Assembly: GCA_002269645.1 (NCBI GenBank)
Contig: NIVC01002232.1
Coordinates: forward strand, 127,099 to 191,098
From: Macrostomum lignano
Taxonomy: Eukaryota
DNA: 64,000 nt
Direction of reading: 5' to 3'
Positions 40,680 through 52,541 of this stretch are shown piece by piece. A program made the position numbers and the translations under genes. The first letter of the stretch is position 1. Every line of letters starts with the position of its first letter. Under the pieces are notes generated by a model, which was given only the letters and a program-made list of their open reading frames with translations, made no database searches and was not told the DNA's origin.

Positions 40680-41800
40680 CCTCTTATTGCGACTTAGTTG
40701 CTTCTTTTTGCGACTTACCTAATCCTTTTTGCGACTTACCTAATCCTTTTGCGACTTACCTAATCCTTTTTGCGACTTACCTAACCCTTTTGCGACTTAC
40801 CTAATCCTTTTTGCGACTTACTTAATCCTTTTTGCGACTTACCTAATCCTTTTGCGACTTACCTAACCCTTTTGCGACTTACCTAATCCTTTTGCGACTT
40901 ACCTAATCCTTTTTGCGACTTACCTAATCCTTTTTGCGACTTACCTAACCCTTTTGCGACTTACCTAATCCTTTTTGCGACTTACCTAATCCTTTTGCGA
41001 CTTACCTAATCCTTTTGCGACTTACCTAATCCTTTTGCGACTTACCTAACCCTTTTGCGACTTACCTAATCCTTTTTGCGACTTACCTAATCCTTTTTGC
41101 GACTTACCTAATCCTTTTGCGACTTACCTAATCCTTTTGCGACTTACCTAATCCTTTTTGCGACTTACCTAATCCTTTTTGCGACTTACCTAACCCTTTT
41201 GCGACTTACCTAATCCTTTTTGCGACTTACCTAATCCTTTTGCGACTTACCTAATCCTTTTGCGACTTACCTAATCCTTTTGCGACTTACCTAATCCTTT
41301 TTGCGACTTACCTAATCCTTTTTGCGACTTACCTAACCCTTTTGCGACTTACCTAATCCTTTTTGCGACTTACTTAATCCTTTTTGCGACTTACCTAATC
41401 CTTTTTGCGACTTACCTAATCCTTTTGCGACTTACCTAATCCTTTTTGCGACTTACCTAATCCTTTTTGCGACTTACCTAATCCTTTTGCGACTTACCTA
41501 ATCCTTTTTGCGACTTACCTAATCCTTTTTGCAACTTACTTAATCCTTTTTGCAACTTACCTAACCCTTTTGCGACTTACCTAATCCTTTTTGCGACTTA
41601 CCTAATCCTTTTTGCGACTTACCTAACCCTTTTGCGACTTACCTGATCCTTTTTGCGACTTACCTAATCCTTTTTGCGACTTACCTGATCCTTTTTGCGA
41701 CTTACCTGATCCTTTTTTCGACTTACCTGATCCTTTTTGCGACTTACCTGATCCTTTTTGCGACTTAGTTTGCTTCTTTTGCGACTTACCTAATCCTTTT
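40680..41800. repeat. 20-21-bp minisatellite (GCGACTTACCTAATCCTTTT[T])
   Basis: Direct inspection. Confidence 0.96.
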
Positions 41801-42019
41801 TGCGACTTACCTGATTATTTTTACAACTTAGCTTGCTTCTTTTGCGAATTGTTTTTCTTTTGCTTCACCATTTTCCCTGAACTGCTCTTTCTTTCGCTTT
41901 CCTCTTGCCTTTCTTGGTTCTTGTGTTTTTCGGTTTTTGGTTGACTCAATTTTGCGACTTACCCCTGGTCAGCCACGATTTACGGTGGCCGGATCGGCCA
42001 GGTCGGCCAGCAGTTGCGC

Positions 42020-44356
42020 ATGTATGATCCAACAGTACACCGCGAACCAGGACTTTGACGTCTGGATTTAAGCTCTCAAGGAGCGTTGCAAACTCAATGG
42101 GATCGTGGACAACAGACATAAGAAGGCGGAAGTTCTAGTAAATTTGGACATTGCCACAACCTATCCCGCAGTTGTCAGGATAGAACTGCCAGACAACCTG
42201 ACATTTGGCGAATTCAAGCAGAGGTTGTCCAAACGCTTCACACATGTCACTGACACACTGGAGTACTGTGAGCAGTTCAGGTGCTACTAGCAAGGCAAGA
42301 ATGAAAGCATGGGCAACTACAGTGATCGACTAATTGCTCTGGCTGTTAGAGCCTTTCTGCACTTCACCCGGGTTCAGAAGCAGGCTGAGCTAGTGGATCA
42401 GTTCACTGTGGGAGTGTGAATTGCCCAGTTGGCCCAAGAACAGCTAATCCTGGTGAGACCACAGAATCTAACTGCAGCGAGAAGGGCTGTGCTACGCCTA
42501 GAGACAGCAGCTAGTCTGGCTCAGCAAGTAGCACTGCCGCCAGCAGCAAGACATGTCCAGATTCTTGAGTGTGACGATAGTCAGTCACCAACTGGAGTGC
42601 AACACAACAAGTCATCTTGGCCTGAGGAGAATTGGTTGTGTGAAGTGATGGAATAACAAACTGAGACTGCAAGAGTAGCGACGTCTTTTGGAAGCTTTGA
42701 GCAACGAGCTGCGAGAGTTCCACTCGCTGGGATCACACAATAACGACACCCAGGAGCATTAGGAACCTGCTTGCCACTAGTCACAGGACTCTTGGGGCCA
42801 ACGCAACTGATGTTTGGTGCCCTCGACTCCTCGCTACAATGCCAACGAGAGCGCCCAATTCAAGACACCCGGCACATGGATTGTGCAACACAAGCAGTTC
42901 CATCGACTTCAGCAACCACGAGACAGCAGCAACCTGCCACCAAGGACACTGCCAGCAGGAGTCAATGTCGTCAGCAGCAGCAGCCATAGCTGCAGTGGTA
43001 GCAACAGTTGCATACGCGCCCGCCGCCCTATCAGCTGTGGGGACAGAGGGCAATGTGTTACAGGTGCAATTGCGAGCACCGGGCCAATGAGTGCCTGCAT
43101 CGGCGGTTGGGCAGCACCACGTCCCAGTGCAACGGCAGCTTGGGAAATGGGATGGCTGGACGCGCCATCGGGGGCAGCACTATCCAGCAGCCAAGCCAGC
43201 ACTAAAGTCCCTGCCGAGGACTTTAGTTGCTTAGTAGGCCACTGCTGAGACCGTCTCCGCCGCACCTGTATAGTACTCTGCACCCAAGCGACCTTGAAGG
43301 GATCTGTTTTGTAACTAGTGAGATTCAAGGTCGTTATTTTGCTTTTCTGCTTGACACTGGCTCCAAGTGCGAAGTCCTAGGATTCAGCACCTGGCACCGA
43401 CTATGTACCAATGACCCAACCCTGTGTGGCCAAATCGAGCCTTGCCTGCAACACATTGTGACCTACAATAAAGAACCTATTCAAATGGCAGGCCAACTAA
43501 CAATCAAAGTTAAAATTGGAAGTTTCGAGCCTACAGTCAATGTCCTGCTAGCAAAGGGATCTTATGACAACATCCTGGGCTTTGAGTTCCTGGAAAAGTA
43601 GAGCACCTCCCTAGATCTCGCTGCCGGGATGTTGTTTTTTTCAAGGATGGCACTGCCGCACCACTTTGCTACATGCAAACCAAAGCTACCACGTGCAGAA
43701 TTTATATGGCTAAGAGCACAATTGTGCCACCGTTATCTTCAGCCCAAATCAAGATTAAACTAGCTAAAGGACGTGAGGAAAATCAAGGGACACCCGCTGT
43801 GATTGAGCTGTTAAAACTGGCTCAGCGTGAAGAAGATGTGCAGCAACTGGATGCCGCGCCTGCCTTAATATCTATGGCCAATGGAGAAGGTGCCATTGAG
43901 ATGATCAATTGAGGCACTACTTCTATCAAAGTGTGAGCGAATGCCTTAGTCGTGGTAGCGAGACCAATCAGGCTGCCCGAGTTACAATTCTTTCCGCTAC
44001 CAAAGCCAGAAGCCTCAGTCAATCAAGTTCAAGACGAAGATCCTGACACTTGGATGAAGGAGATCAACATCGACGAGGACTTGTCCAATGACCAGCATGC
44101 TCAAGTCATTGAGCTATTGAAGAAGTATAAGACCATCTTCTCGCAGGGGCCAAATGATCTCAGCTGAACCTAGCTGGTCACCCACAACATTGTATTGAAG
44201 GACAAGGATCCTGTACATCTGCCAACCTGATGGATTCCGCTGCATCTGCTGCCCAAGGTGGACCAGCTGCTTGACGATCTACTTGCCAAAGGTGTGAATT
44301 GACCGAGCTTCTCCAGCTACAACACCCCACTAGTGATCATCCCGAAGAAGGACGGC
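42020..44356 (+). mobile_element. Gypsy/Ty3 LTR retrotransposon remnant, 5' part (gag, Zn knuckle, protease, start of RT)
   Basis: CYRCNCEHRANEC knuckle (~43055), aspartic protease FLLDTGS (~43350), RT start YNTPLVIIPKKDG. Many stops and frameshifts. No LTR recognised. Confidence 0.85.
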
Positions 44357-44941
44357 AGTAGTAGTATGTTATAAGGGGCTGCGCCACACTTAATTGCTCG
44401 GGCGCATTGCGCGCCAGCTCGCTGGATGACTCAGCCCCTTATAACATACTACTACTACCAGGAGGTCATGGATTCAAGTGGGGGTGTGATAAATATAAAA
44501 ATACATATATCTGTGACTGAGGGTGTTGAGGGTGAGGGCATGTGGGGGCATTGGCCTGTGGAATATTTCACAGAACACAGAATTTCCGGAATTTTTATAC
44601 TTTTAAAAAGGGGGGGTGCCCTCGCCCTCATGCCCTCACTCATTTTGAAAATCACTAAAAACAGGTGAAAAATGACTAAAAACAGGTGAAAATGGTCTGA
44701 AAACAGCGATTTTTTGTAATTTTCAAAAATTTTGAAAAAGTGCAATTTTCACGATTCCAGCTCTAAAACCATGAGAAAAGTTGGATCCTCGGGTCAATTT
44801 AATGCAATTTCAGGTATATACAATATGAAAGTGTCATCCAATTCAACGATAGTAAATTATATATATATAAAATGGCCTTCAGTAAACCAATATTTCTAGG
44901 AAATGCTTTAGATATTCAGTCAGCTATAACAAAACTACCAC
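44357..44941 (+). repeat. Polinton left TIR
   Basis: Reverse complement of 62490-63074, with only a handful of differences, several in homopolymers. Confidence 0.95.
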
Positions 44942-45860
44942 CCATCTTTTCCACTGGAAAGTATCCTGGCGAATTTCATATTCCAGGGTATTCTTTCGCA
45001 AGCCAACAGCTCTGACTCACAATGCTGATGATGTATCAGAACCCCGTAACGTGGCACATTTTTGTCTATTTTTAGAACTAGAAAAAAATGAATGAAGCAA
45101 ACACAAAAGAATCTCAGACACACAGAGTGGGTGGCTCCACTGGAGCACAAAGGCAGCCTTTATTTCAAAGAGTTGTTTTCAAGGTATATACTAAGGTAAG
45201 TAGCGCGGAGTGAATGTTTGAATGATAATTGTCACTTTAAGTAGTAGCATGTCAATTTTTCTGGACGTCCAGAAAAAATTCTGGATATTTGTCTGCCATG
45301 TGTTTATTCATCAATAGAAGCGCTCCCCATTTCGCTAGTGGCTGCTTCAATCGTGTCGTTCTCTTCTTCATCAAGCATGCTGTCATCCTCTCCTTCAAAG
45401 TGCAGTACGATGTCGAGTTCGAGGCGGCATGCGAAATTCTCATCTTCTGATGCTCTTTGTTCAATTGCTCAAAGCAATATCCAGAAATTACCAGACTCGG
45501 GTACTTTGTTGTTAGCTTGTAGAATGTAAATAGTCGCTGGGCAAACTTCACATCTATATCTAGCTATCTTTTATCTTTTAACAAACACACACAAATAACT
45601 AGCATAACGTTTGAGAGTTGGTGAGTGTGCCAGTCCTGCATCAGCCTGTAAATTGTTGTGAAAGACAGCTAGCATGAGGGGTGCGCCTAGTGTCTTTTAT
45701 GAGTTGAATAAGGGGGTTTGATGAAGATGAAAAAACACTGAACTCCTGTGAGAGTCTCGGAGAGTGGCAGCGGAGTGTGGTGTGAGTCAGTCTCAATCTC
45801 TCAATCAGCGAAACCAGAATTCAAAAACCAGATTGTAACTGCTAAATTTTCCTAGAAAAA

Positions 45861-46202
45861 ATGGAAGCTAACCCAAATGTACGAAATGCACTGCCACAAA
45901 AGTATTATGATTCTATTATATATTTTTCTCAAATAAAAACACCCACTCGAAAGGCTCGACTAATTGAAGAAATTGATAAAGCCTACGATGAATATAAAGC
46001 AGAAATATTAAAACACAGCGATTGTAAATGCCCCCCATATTTGTATTCATTCAGAGTATATCTTGCACATGTTGATAAATGGGCATTGATTTCGAGACAG
46101 CACATAAGGAATGATGAATTTTTCGTCATGCTTAAGTTGAACATTTTCAAACTCCCCATAACCCTTGAGAAGTACATTGAAACTGATGAATTATATTGTT
46201 AA
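45861..46202 (+). CDS. Polinton hypothetical protein, 113 aa
   Basis: AAAAATG start; immediately upstream of the helicase. Confidence 0.55.
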   Translation: MEANPNVRNALPQKYYDSIIYFSQIKTPTRKARLIEEIDKAYDEYKAEILKHSDCKCPPYLYSFRVYLAHVDKWALISRQHIRNDEFFVMLKLNIFKLPITLEKYIETDELYC

Positions 46203-46218
46203 ATTTATTTTAAATAAA

Positions 46219-48687
46219 ATGGAAAGAAAAAATCAAAACGATTCAAGTTTCTCTCCTGTGATCGTACAGGATCCGCTTCAAAACCATGATGCCCCACCAC
46301 CGCCAAGATTGACAAATTTAAAACAAACAAAATCGTACGATAAACTAATTAATCTCTATGAAGAACTTAATTTTAGATTCGGAAGTTGCAGTGTAACATG
46401 GAATAGTAAAACAAAGAAAAAAATACCATCAGGAATGCCAACCAAAGCAGATAGGAATTCAACCTCACCACCATTTCGACCAGATGTAGACAACATGATT
46501 TGGATAGATACTAGAAACTCAAATATAACCGTAATCGATATTGATAATGCTGACCTATGCCCTGAGTTGAATGAACTGTGTATGACTCATTGTGATTGGA
46601 TTGTTCAGACAAACAAGGGACACCACTTTTACTTTAACAAGGTAGATGAATTGAAAGTAACGATTCAACAAAGTGTGGGTTTTGATATTCCCGCCTTAAT
46701 ATTTGCTCCACCAGGTTTCTATTATGTCGATGGTGAAATTAGGGAATACAAACGTACAAAGTCCAAATGTTTAATAGACATGCCAGATGTAGTTCTTGAG
46801 GAGATAAATAGATTAATTGAGCCACAGGATAAAAAAGAAAACCAAGAACCCGATAAACAGGCACTAAAAAGCACCGTTCCACCACCCACTTGTGAAGGAG
46901 CTTCAAAGTTGTTAAGTATAATACAACACAAAAACCAAGACTATGATTCTTGGTACAAGGTAGCACTTATACTCCGCGACATAGACAGTGGTGATGAAAT
47001 GTACAAAGTATTCACTGATTGGTCAAAAGTAAATTATGATAAGTTCGATTCCGAATCATGTAAAAATGTGTGGAATAGCACCAGTACCAGCTCTGCTGAT
47101 GCACAGGACAGACTTACTATCGGTACACTAAAGAAATGGGCAAGTGAAGAAAACTATAACAAATATAAGGAATGGAAAAGCAAATATGATTATTATGGTA
47201 GGATTGAGTTTCTTGATGATAATTTCACTGACGTTAATATAACCAACTTTGTTTATGAATATAAGAAGAATAATATAATTTACAATAGCGATGGTATTTA
47301 CTATTTTGATGATGATAAGTGGAGAGAACTAAGTAGTATAAATGACATATTTCTTAAAATATCACACCTTGTCAGCAGTGAGTTAAACCACCGAAAGACT
47401 AGACTCGAAATTGCAATTAAGAAGGCGGCTGATGATAAAGAGAAGTTAAAAGCACTTGAAAAGAAACTACAGAGTACAATGAAGAATATAAATTCAATAC
47501 AAGGAGCCAACAAACTAAAACAGGTAACTACTTTGTTCAAAGAGAGGTTTACTAACAATGAAATTGAATTCGACATGAAATGGAATTTGCTAGGGTTTAA
47601 CGATGGAGTATACGACCTCCTTACAGGTGAGTTTCGCGAGTATAGATATGACGATTACGTTACTAAATCGGTGGGATATAAATACTCGGATGTACTTAGA
47701 GTGAGTGATTACGACTATGGCTTCATTGTTAATCTGCATAACCAAATTCATCCCGATCAAGAAAACAGAAAGAGTTGGGAATCCGTTATAGCCACAGCTC
47801 TAATGGGTAAGAATGTTGAAAACTTTATAATGTTTGATGGCGCTGGTGGAAATGGCAAGGGAGTTGAGGACAACCTACTTCTTAGAACTCTAGGGTCTGA
47901 TTATGCAGCACCACTGAGTCCTGATGTTTTGAATTCACCAATAAGAATAGACAGGCCACAACCAGCCCTAGCACAAATTAATAAAAAGAGGTTGGTTATC
48001 AGTCAAGAAGTAAGTGGTGTCTTGAACAATGCATCAATAAAATTACTAACTGGTGGTGGGGTTATCCAAGCTAGAAATTTATATTCAAGCCAGTGTAATG
48101 TCGTTTTACACGCAACCCTAATAGTCGAATGCAACAACAAGCCTGACTTTAGACAAAATATTGGAGATGCAGAAAAAAGACGAATTATAAATATTAATTA
48201 CCCATGTAAATATACAACAGATACCGACATCATTGATCATGCGAAACACATTTATAAAGCCGATTCATATCTTAAAACCGAGGAATTTAAGAATAAATAT
48301 AAGTTTGCTGAGATGAAAAACCTACTAGAAATTTTCAAGCAAACAAAGGGTGAAATATATCGATCGAAAAGCGTAATTGAAAACACTAATGAATTCATAC
48401 AAAATTGTAATTGGTTTTCTCACTTCTTTGAAGAGAATTATGAATTTTTAGAAACTGAGGAAAAAACATTTATGCTTATTAGAGAAATTTACACTGCCGC
48501 AACAGAGAGTGAATACTATAGGACTCTAGCCCAACGTGAGAAACGTGAATTCCAACAACAATACATAACAGATTTCTTCAAGAATCACAAAGACTATTGT
48601 AAGTATTATAAGGATAGATATAGGCGTAGGATAGATGGTAAACAGCAAGAAACTAGAAATATTCTGTTTTACTGTGTAAAAAAATAA
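46219..48687 (+). CDS. D5-like primase-helicase (Prim-Pol, PriCT-like, D5_N, SF3 helicase)
   Basis: ITVIDID and QTNKGHHFYF (primase-polymerase); YDSWYKVAL..WSK (PriCT-2-like); LGFNDGVYDL (D5_N); Walker A GAGGNGKG; Walker B RLVISQE; motif C VECNNKP. Confidence 0.92.
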   Translation: MERKNQNDSSFSPVIVQDPLQNHDAPPPPRLTNLKQTKSYDKLINLYEELNFRFGSCSVTWNSKTKKKIPSGMPTKADRNSTSPPFRPDVDNMIWIDTRNSNITVIDIDNADLCPELNELCMTHCDWIVQTNKGHHFYFNKVDELKVTIQQSVGFDIPALIFAPPGFYYVDGEIREYKRTKSKCLIDMPDVVLEEINRLIEPQDKKENQEPDKQALKSTVPPPTCEGASKLLSIIQHKNQDYDSWYKVALILRDIDSGDEMYKVFTDWSKVNYDKFDSESCKNVWNSTSTSSADAQDRLTIGTLKKWASEENYNKYKEWKSKYDYYGRIEFLDDNFTDVNITNFVYEYKKNNIIYNSDGIYYFDDDKWRELSSINDIFLKISHLVSSELNHRKTRLEIAIKKAADDKEKLKALEKKLQSTMKNINSIQGANKLKQVTTLFKERFTNNEIEFDMKWNLLGFNDGVYDLLTGEFREYRYDDYVTKSVGYKYSDVLRVSDYDYGFIVNLHNQIHPDQENRKSWESVIATALMGKNVENFIMFDGAGGNGKGVEDNLLLRTLGSDYAAPLSPDVLNSPIRIDRPQPALAQINKKRLVISQEVSGVLNNASIKLLTGGGVIQARNLYSSQCNVVLHATLIVECNNKPDFRQNIGDAEKRRIININYPCKYTTDTDIIDHAKHIYKADSYLKTEEFKNKYKFAEMKNLLEIFKQTKGEIYRSKSVIENTNEFIQNCNWFSHFFEENYEFLETEEKTFMLIREIYTAATESEYYRTLAQREKREFQQQYITDFFKNHKDYCKYYKDRYRRRIDGKQQETRNILFYCVKK

Positions 48688-48708
48688 ACGAAGATGTTAT
48701 CAATGAGA

Positions 48709-51700
48709 TTACATTGGCTGATGAGGAATAGATCTGATAGGATCTAAATAATATCTTTTATCATCTAACGGACTCATTGTTTGTTTCATAATCTCACGAA
48801 TATATATTTTATTTTTTTCAGATACAGTCATACTTACTCTACCTCTTTGAATATCTTTGTAAACTGTCAATAGTATGTTTTTAAATGTTTCAAACTTTAT
48901 ATTTGTACTGCTTTTATCAACTCCCTTGATCTTAACACACTCTCCTGAAACTGTAGTGAAAGCATACTCCTTTGACCGCAGGAATACAGCTTCGGAAATT
49001 ATTGAGCCATTCATTTCATCTTTCAACTTTCCAATGACTTTCTTGTTCGTCTCGGAGTATAGTGGATGCTCTATTGGATAATCCGATGTGTCTAAGTGTT
49101 CTTTAATTTTTTTAAGATCCTGATAAACATCCTGAGTAATCACTGAGAATATTAGCGAATCACAATCAGAATAGTGCAATTGACAGCTGTTCCAATTCTT
49201 CTCAATAACATTGTAATAGCAATCGTACATTAGCATTTTTGCATAATCCAGAATAGCCATTCCTAAATAAATTGGCTTGTCACACGCAATTGTCTTTTTG
49301 TACATTTGGACACCAACTGCATCCTCACTAAACATAATGAAATCTTTGAAATTTGGTTTGGAAAAATAACGCCTTGCAGTTTTTTCTTCAGCTACAAGAT
49401 GAAAGTTCGACCTATTCTTTACATTTTCGATTGTTTTACCGTAGAATGAATTGTTCAGTAGTTTCCACAGGTCTTTCTCAAATTTAGTTTTTGCTTCCAT
49501 TCTCCGCCTGGTATTAAATTCGATGTATTTACTCAACCAGTTTGACTCTTTGAATGAAAGAATTCTATAAACTCTCGTAACTCGCATGCCCATCTTCTCA
49601 TAAAACTCAAGTAGTCTGTGATGTAAAACATATTTCTCCTTGTTGTAAAATGTCAACATCAACTTGGATTGAACAAACTTTTTCTTTTCGACTTCAAGAT
49701 ATTGCTTCTGTATATCAGATAAATCCTCAAACCTAGTTGTTCGTTTCTCAGGAGCCAGTGGATATTTACTTGTAGCTTTCTTACATTCCTCTGTATATTC
49801 AAGGTCAACTTCAAGAAAACAACCCCTGCCATTAGGAATATTCTTGTGATACTCTAGATCATTTTCAAACTTGAAATCTCCCACAGGTAGATTTTTCATC
49901 ATTGCTTCACCATATAAATTATTCTTGTCCAAGTATAGCATGTACGACGATTCAGAATTGCTGTCATAATTTTCTAAATACTTATTGTTCATTTTTTTAT
50001 ATCGATCTCCAAGAACTCCAGAGAAACCACCGCGAATACCACTTTCTACCATGGATATCATTTCTTTATCACCAAGTAATTCCAATTCCACATTAGTATA
50101 TTTCAACCCACATGCCCAAGATAATCCAGAAAGGGAAAAGCAATACGCAGGATCTATCTTGAAATATTTCAAAAATGTTGATCGAAACTTCTCAAAAGCG
50201 TTGACAAATGAGTAAATCTTTCTAATTACTGCGTTGTATCACTGGGTGGCAAATATTTTATTTCTTCTTTAGAGAGTGTAAATGGTGGTTCCAAAAACCT
50301 AGATCCATCTAAAAACACAACACCACTGGTATAATTCCCCAACTTAATTGCAACATGGTCTTCCGATGTTTTAGAAATAAAATCCAATATTATTTTTTAT
50401 TATTCATTCGTGTTAATGGAGCTATCAAATAGTTTAGATCTTTTCCAGATTCATTCAGGAGAAACAACGGTACTGTTTGATTCGCCTTGCCCTCTTGGTA
50501 TTACATGATTGACATGCTGCGCCGCGATATTTACCATTGTAGTGATTATGCTCTCGAATTTTTTTACTATCTACAAATGGCCTTGAGCAGAGAAAACATT
50601 GTTCTGCCGCTTTGTAATCAGTCTCTTCGACATCACTTAATCTTGGATGTTTATATCTATCCATTTCATTTTTTATATGCTCAAACTTTTTGATTACGGT
50701 TTCAACGAATGATTCCACTGTAGTATTTGAAATAATATCTGATTTTATAATGTCCTCATAGTCGGAACTAGTAAAAAGTGTCCATTGTGATAGCTCTAGT
50801 GATTTATCATCCATCGTTACATAATCTAATATTGCATAAAACACAAATGGTTTTCTTACACTCATGTGGTAGTTTTTAAACTTTAATATCCTCTTATCAA
50901 TCTTTGGAACTTCAATTGACACTTTGAAGTCAGTACAGATTGCTTTATGATTATCCAGTGCATCCTGGGAGTATTTAACTTGAAGACACTTTCGACAAAG
51001 AAAAACCCTGTTGTAATTTTGGGACGTGAGGAATAAACACAAGTCTGTTATTAAACAATAATGATTTTTGACAAGTAGTAAATCAATAACATTGGGGTTG
51101 TCGTAATCTTCTGTCAGACGAATAGAATATATTGACTCTTTAGTATTTATATCCCTTAATCCAAACACATTTATATGAAGACTGTTCAACTTTTCAATCT
51201 CAGAGATATCTCGAATGTCCACTGGAAATTTAACGTCTCCTAAGTTTATTTCATTTATATACTGTGTATACTTACCAACTCTATATCTATGTTCCTTCAC
51301 AGGATGGAGCTTTGCTAAAATAGACCAGAGAAAGCACCTATTGTCTGTAGTGTTCTTAACATTTACTAATGCGTTTGATTTAATTGGAATTGGAATATAA
51401 GTTCCTCCTTTCAACTGATTAATGCCAACAACTTTCAACACAATCTTTACTAACTTAACAAAATAATATCCCGATCCCCTTTCATTAAAACTATCCTTCC
51501 ATCCATCGAATTCATCCAGAACATCCTGAATTGTACTTTCTATACTAGTTTCCACTTGGAGAAGATTTAACAAAGTTCGATACTTTGAATGATATTGGAA
51601 CTCAATCCAACTGTCGGTAGTTCCTTTATAAAATTCTGCGACAAAGGAAATTCTGTATTTTATTGAATCTCTAGCCATCAAATATTCGGAAAGAATTGGG

Positions 51701-51773
51701 GAGATTAAACCGCGAATTTCTTCAACGGAGTCGAGATCAATTCATAAGAGGCCGCTGGTATTTTCCTTTCCAT
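48709..51773 (-). CDS. polB: Protein-primed family B DNA polymerase (pPolB), split by several frameshifts in this sequence
   Basis: Motif A YLDKNNLYG, motif B KLLNNSFYGK, motif C YSDCDS. The N-terminal ORF (50455-51681) carries an endonuclease VII-like CxxC..EHNH..GKYRGAACxxCN module. The linker at 50172-50455 changes frame. Confidence 0.92.
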
Positions 51774-51798
51774 TTTTAAGAAAAAAAATTAAACAGAC

Positions 51799-52539
51799 TC
51801 AAGCATAGGGGGGTGCACTTGGAGCATTTGATTGAAGATTGAGTGTTGCCGAGTACTCTTTTGGCTTATCAGCTAGACCCAATTTTTCTCTCAGATCTTT
51901 CTCCAGCAGTTCCTTTTTAACTTTTTCCTTCGCTGAATTATCAAGTCTACTCTCTTTGAGGATTTTATCAACGAATTCCGAATGGTTAACTTCTTCAGGC
52001 GCAACACAGGTGTCTAACAATTGGTCTCTTTTCTCTCTGTATTCTGAATAAATTGCAGCAGCTGCTTGAACCTCTTCAAGAGTTAATCTATAATCATCAA
52101 CTGCTTTTTGGGAGTAAATATACAATCTCTCTCTGTATTGATTTGCCAGATCTCTGAGAACAATGTATTTTGCCTTCTGCTTTTGGCAATGCATTTTCAC
52201 AGTTGCAAACAACGACGTGGATTTTACAGCTTCAAAACCACTCATTGCCCCGATTACTACTCCAATAACTAAGGGATTCAATGTCAGTATCGATGTTGCT
52301 ATGCCAATTCCTGTAGCAGCCAAGAGACTTACATTTCCTGTCACAATGTTGATCCAATTTATCCTGCTACTTTGTCGTTTGTACTTTTTTACCTTTTTGC
52401 TATAAATTGTAAGATCTTTAGTAATGCATTCAATACTGCCTTTGATTTCACCCTTTCTCTGATTGAAATAGTCCCGCTCCCTCAAATCTGCTTCATGCAG
52501 CTCAACCACAGGATAGATGTGTTCATTTTTTTCATTCAT
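51799..52539 (-). CDS. Polinton membrane protein with hydrophobic hairpin, 246 aa
   Basis: TAAAAATG start. Basic helix followed by two Gly/Ala-rich hydrophobic segments. Resembles a recurrent accessory gene of animal Polintons. Confidence 0.7.
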   Translation of the reverse strand: MNEKNEHIYPVVELHEADLRERDYFNQRKGEIKGSIECITKDLTIYSKKVKKYKRQSSRINWINIVTGNVSLLAATGIGIATSILTLNPLVIGVVIGAMSGFEAVKSTSLFATVKMHCQKQKAKYIVLRDLANQYRERLYIYSQKAVDDYRLTLEEVQAAAAIYSEYREKRDQLLDTCVAPEEVNHSEFVDKILKESRLDNSAKEKVKKELLEKDLREKLGLADKPKEYSATLNLQSNAPSAPPYA

Positions 52540-52541
52540 TT

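Noticed and set aside
45252-45551. 99-aa minus-strand ORF next to the left TIR
   Set aside because: No recognisable motif; frame ambiguous given likely indels.
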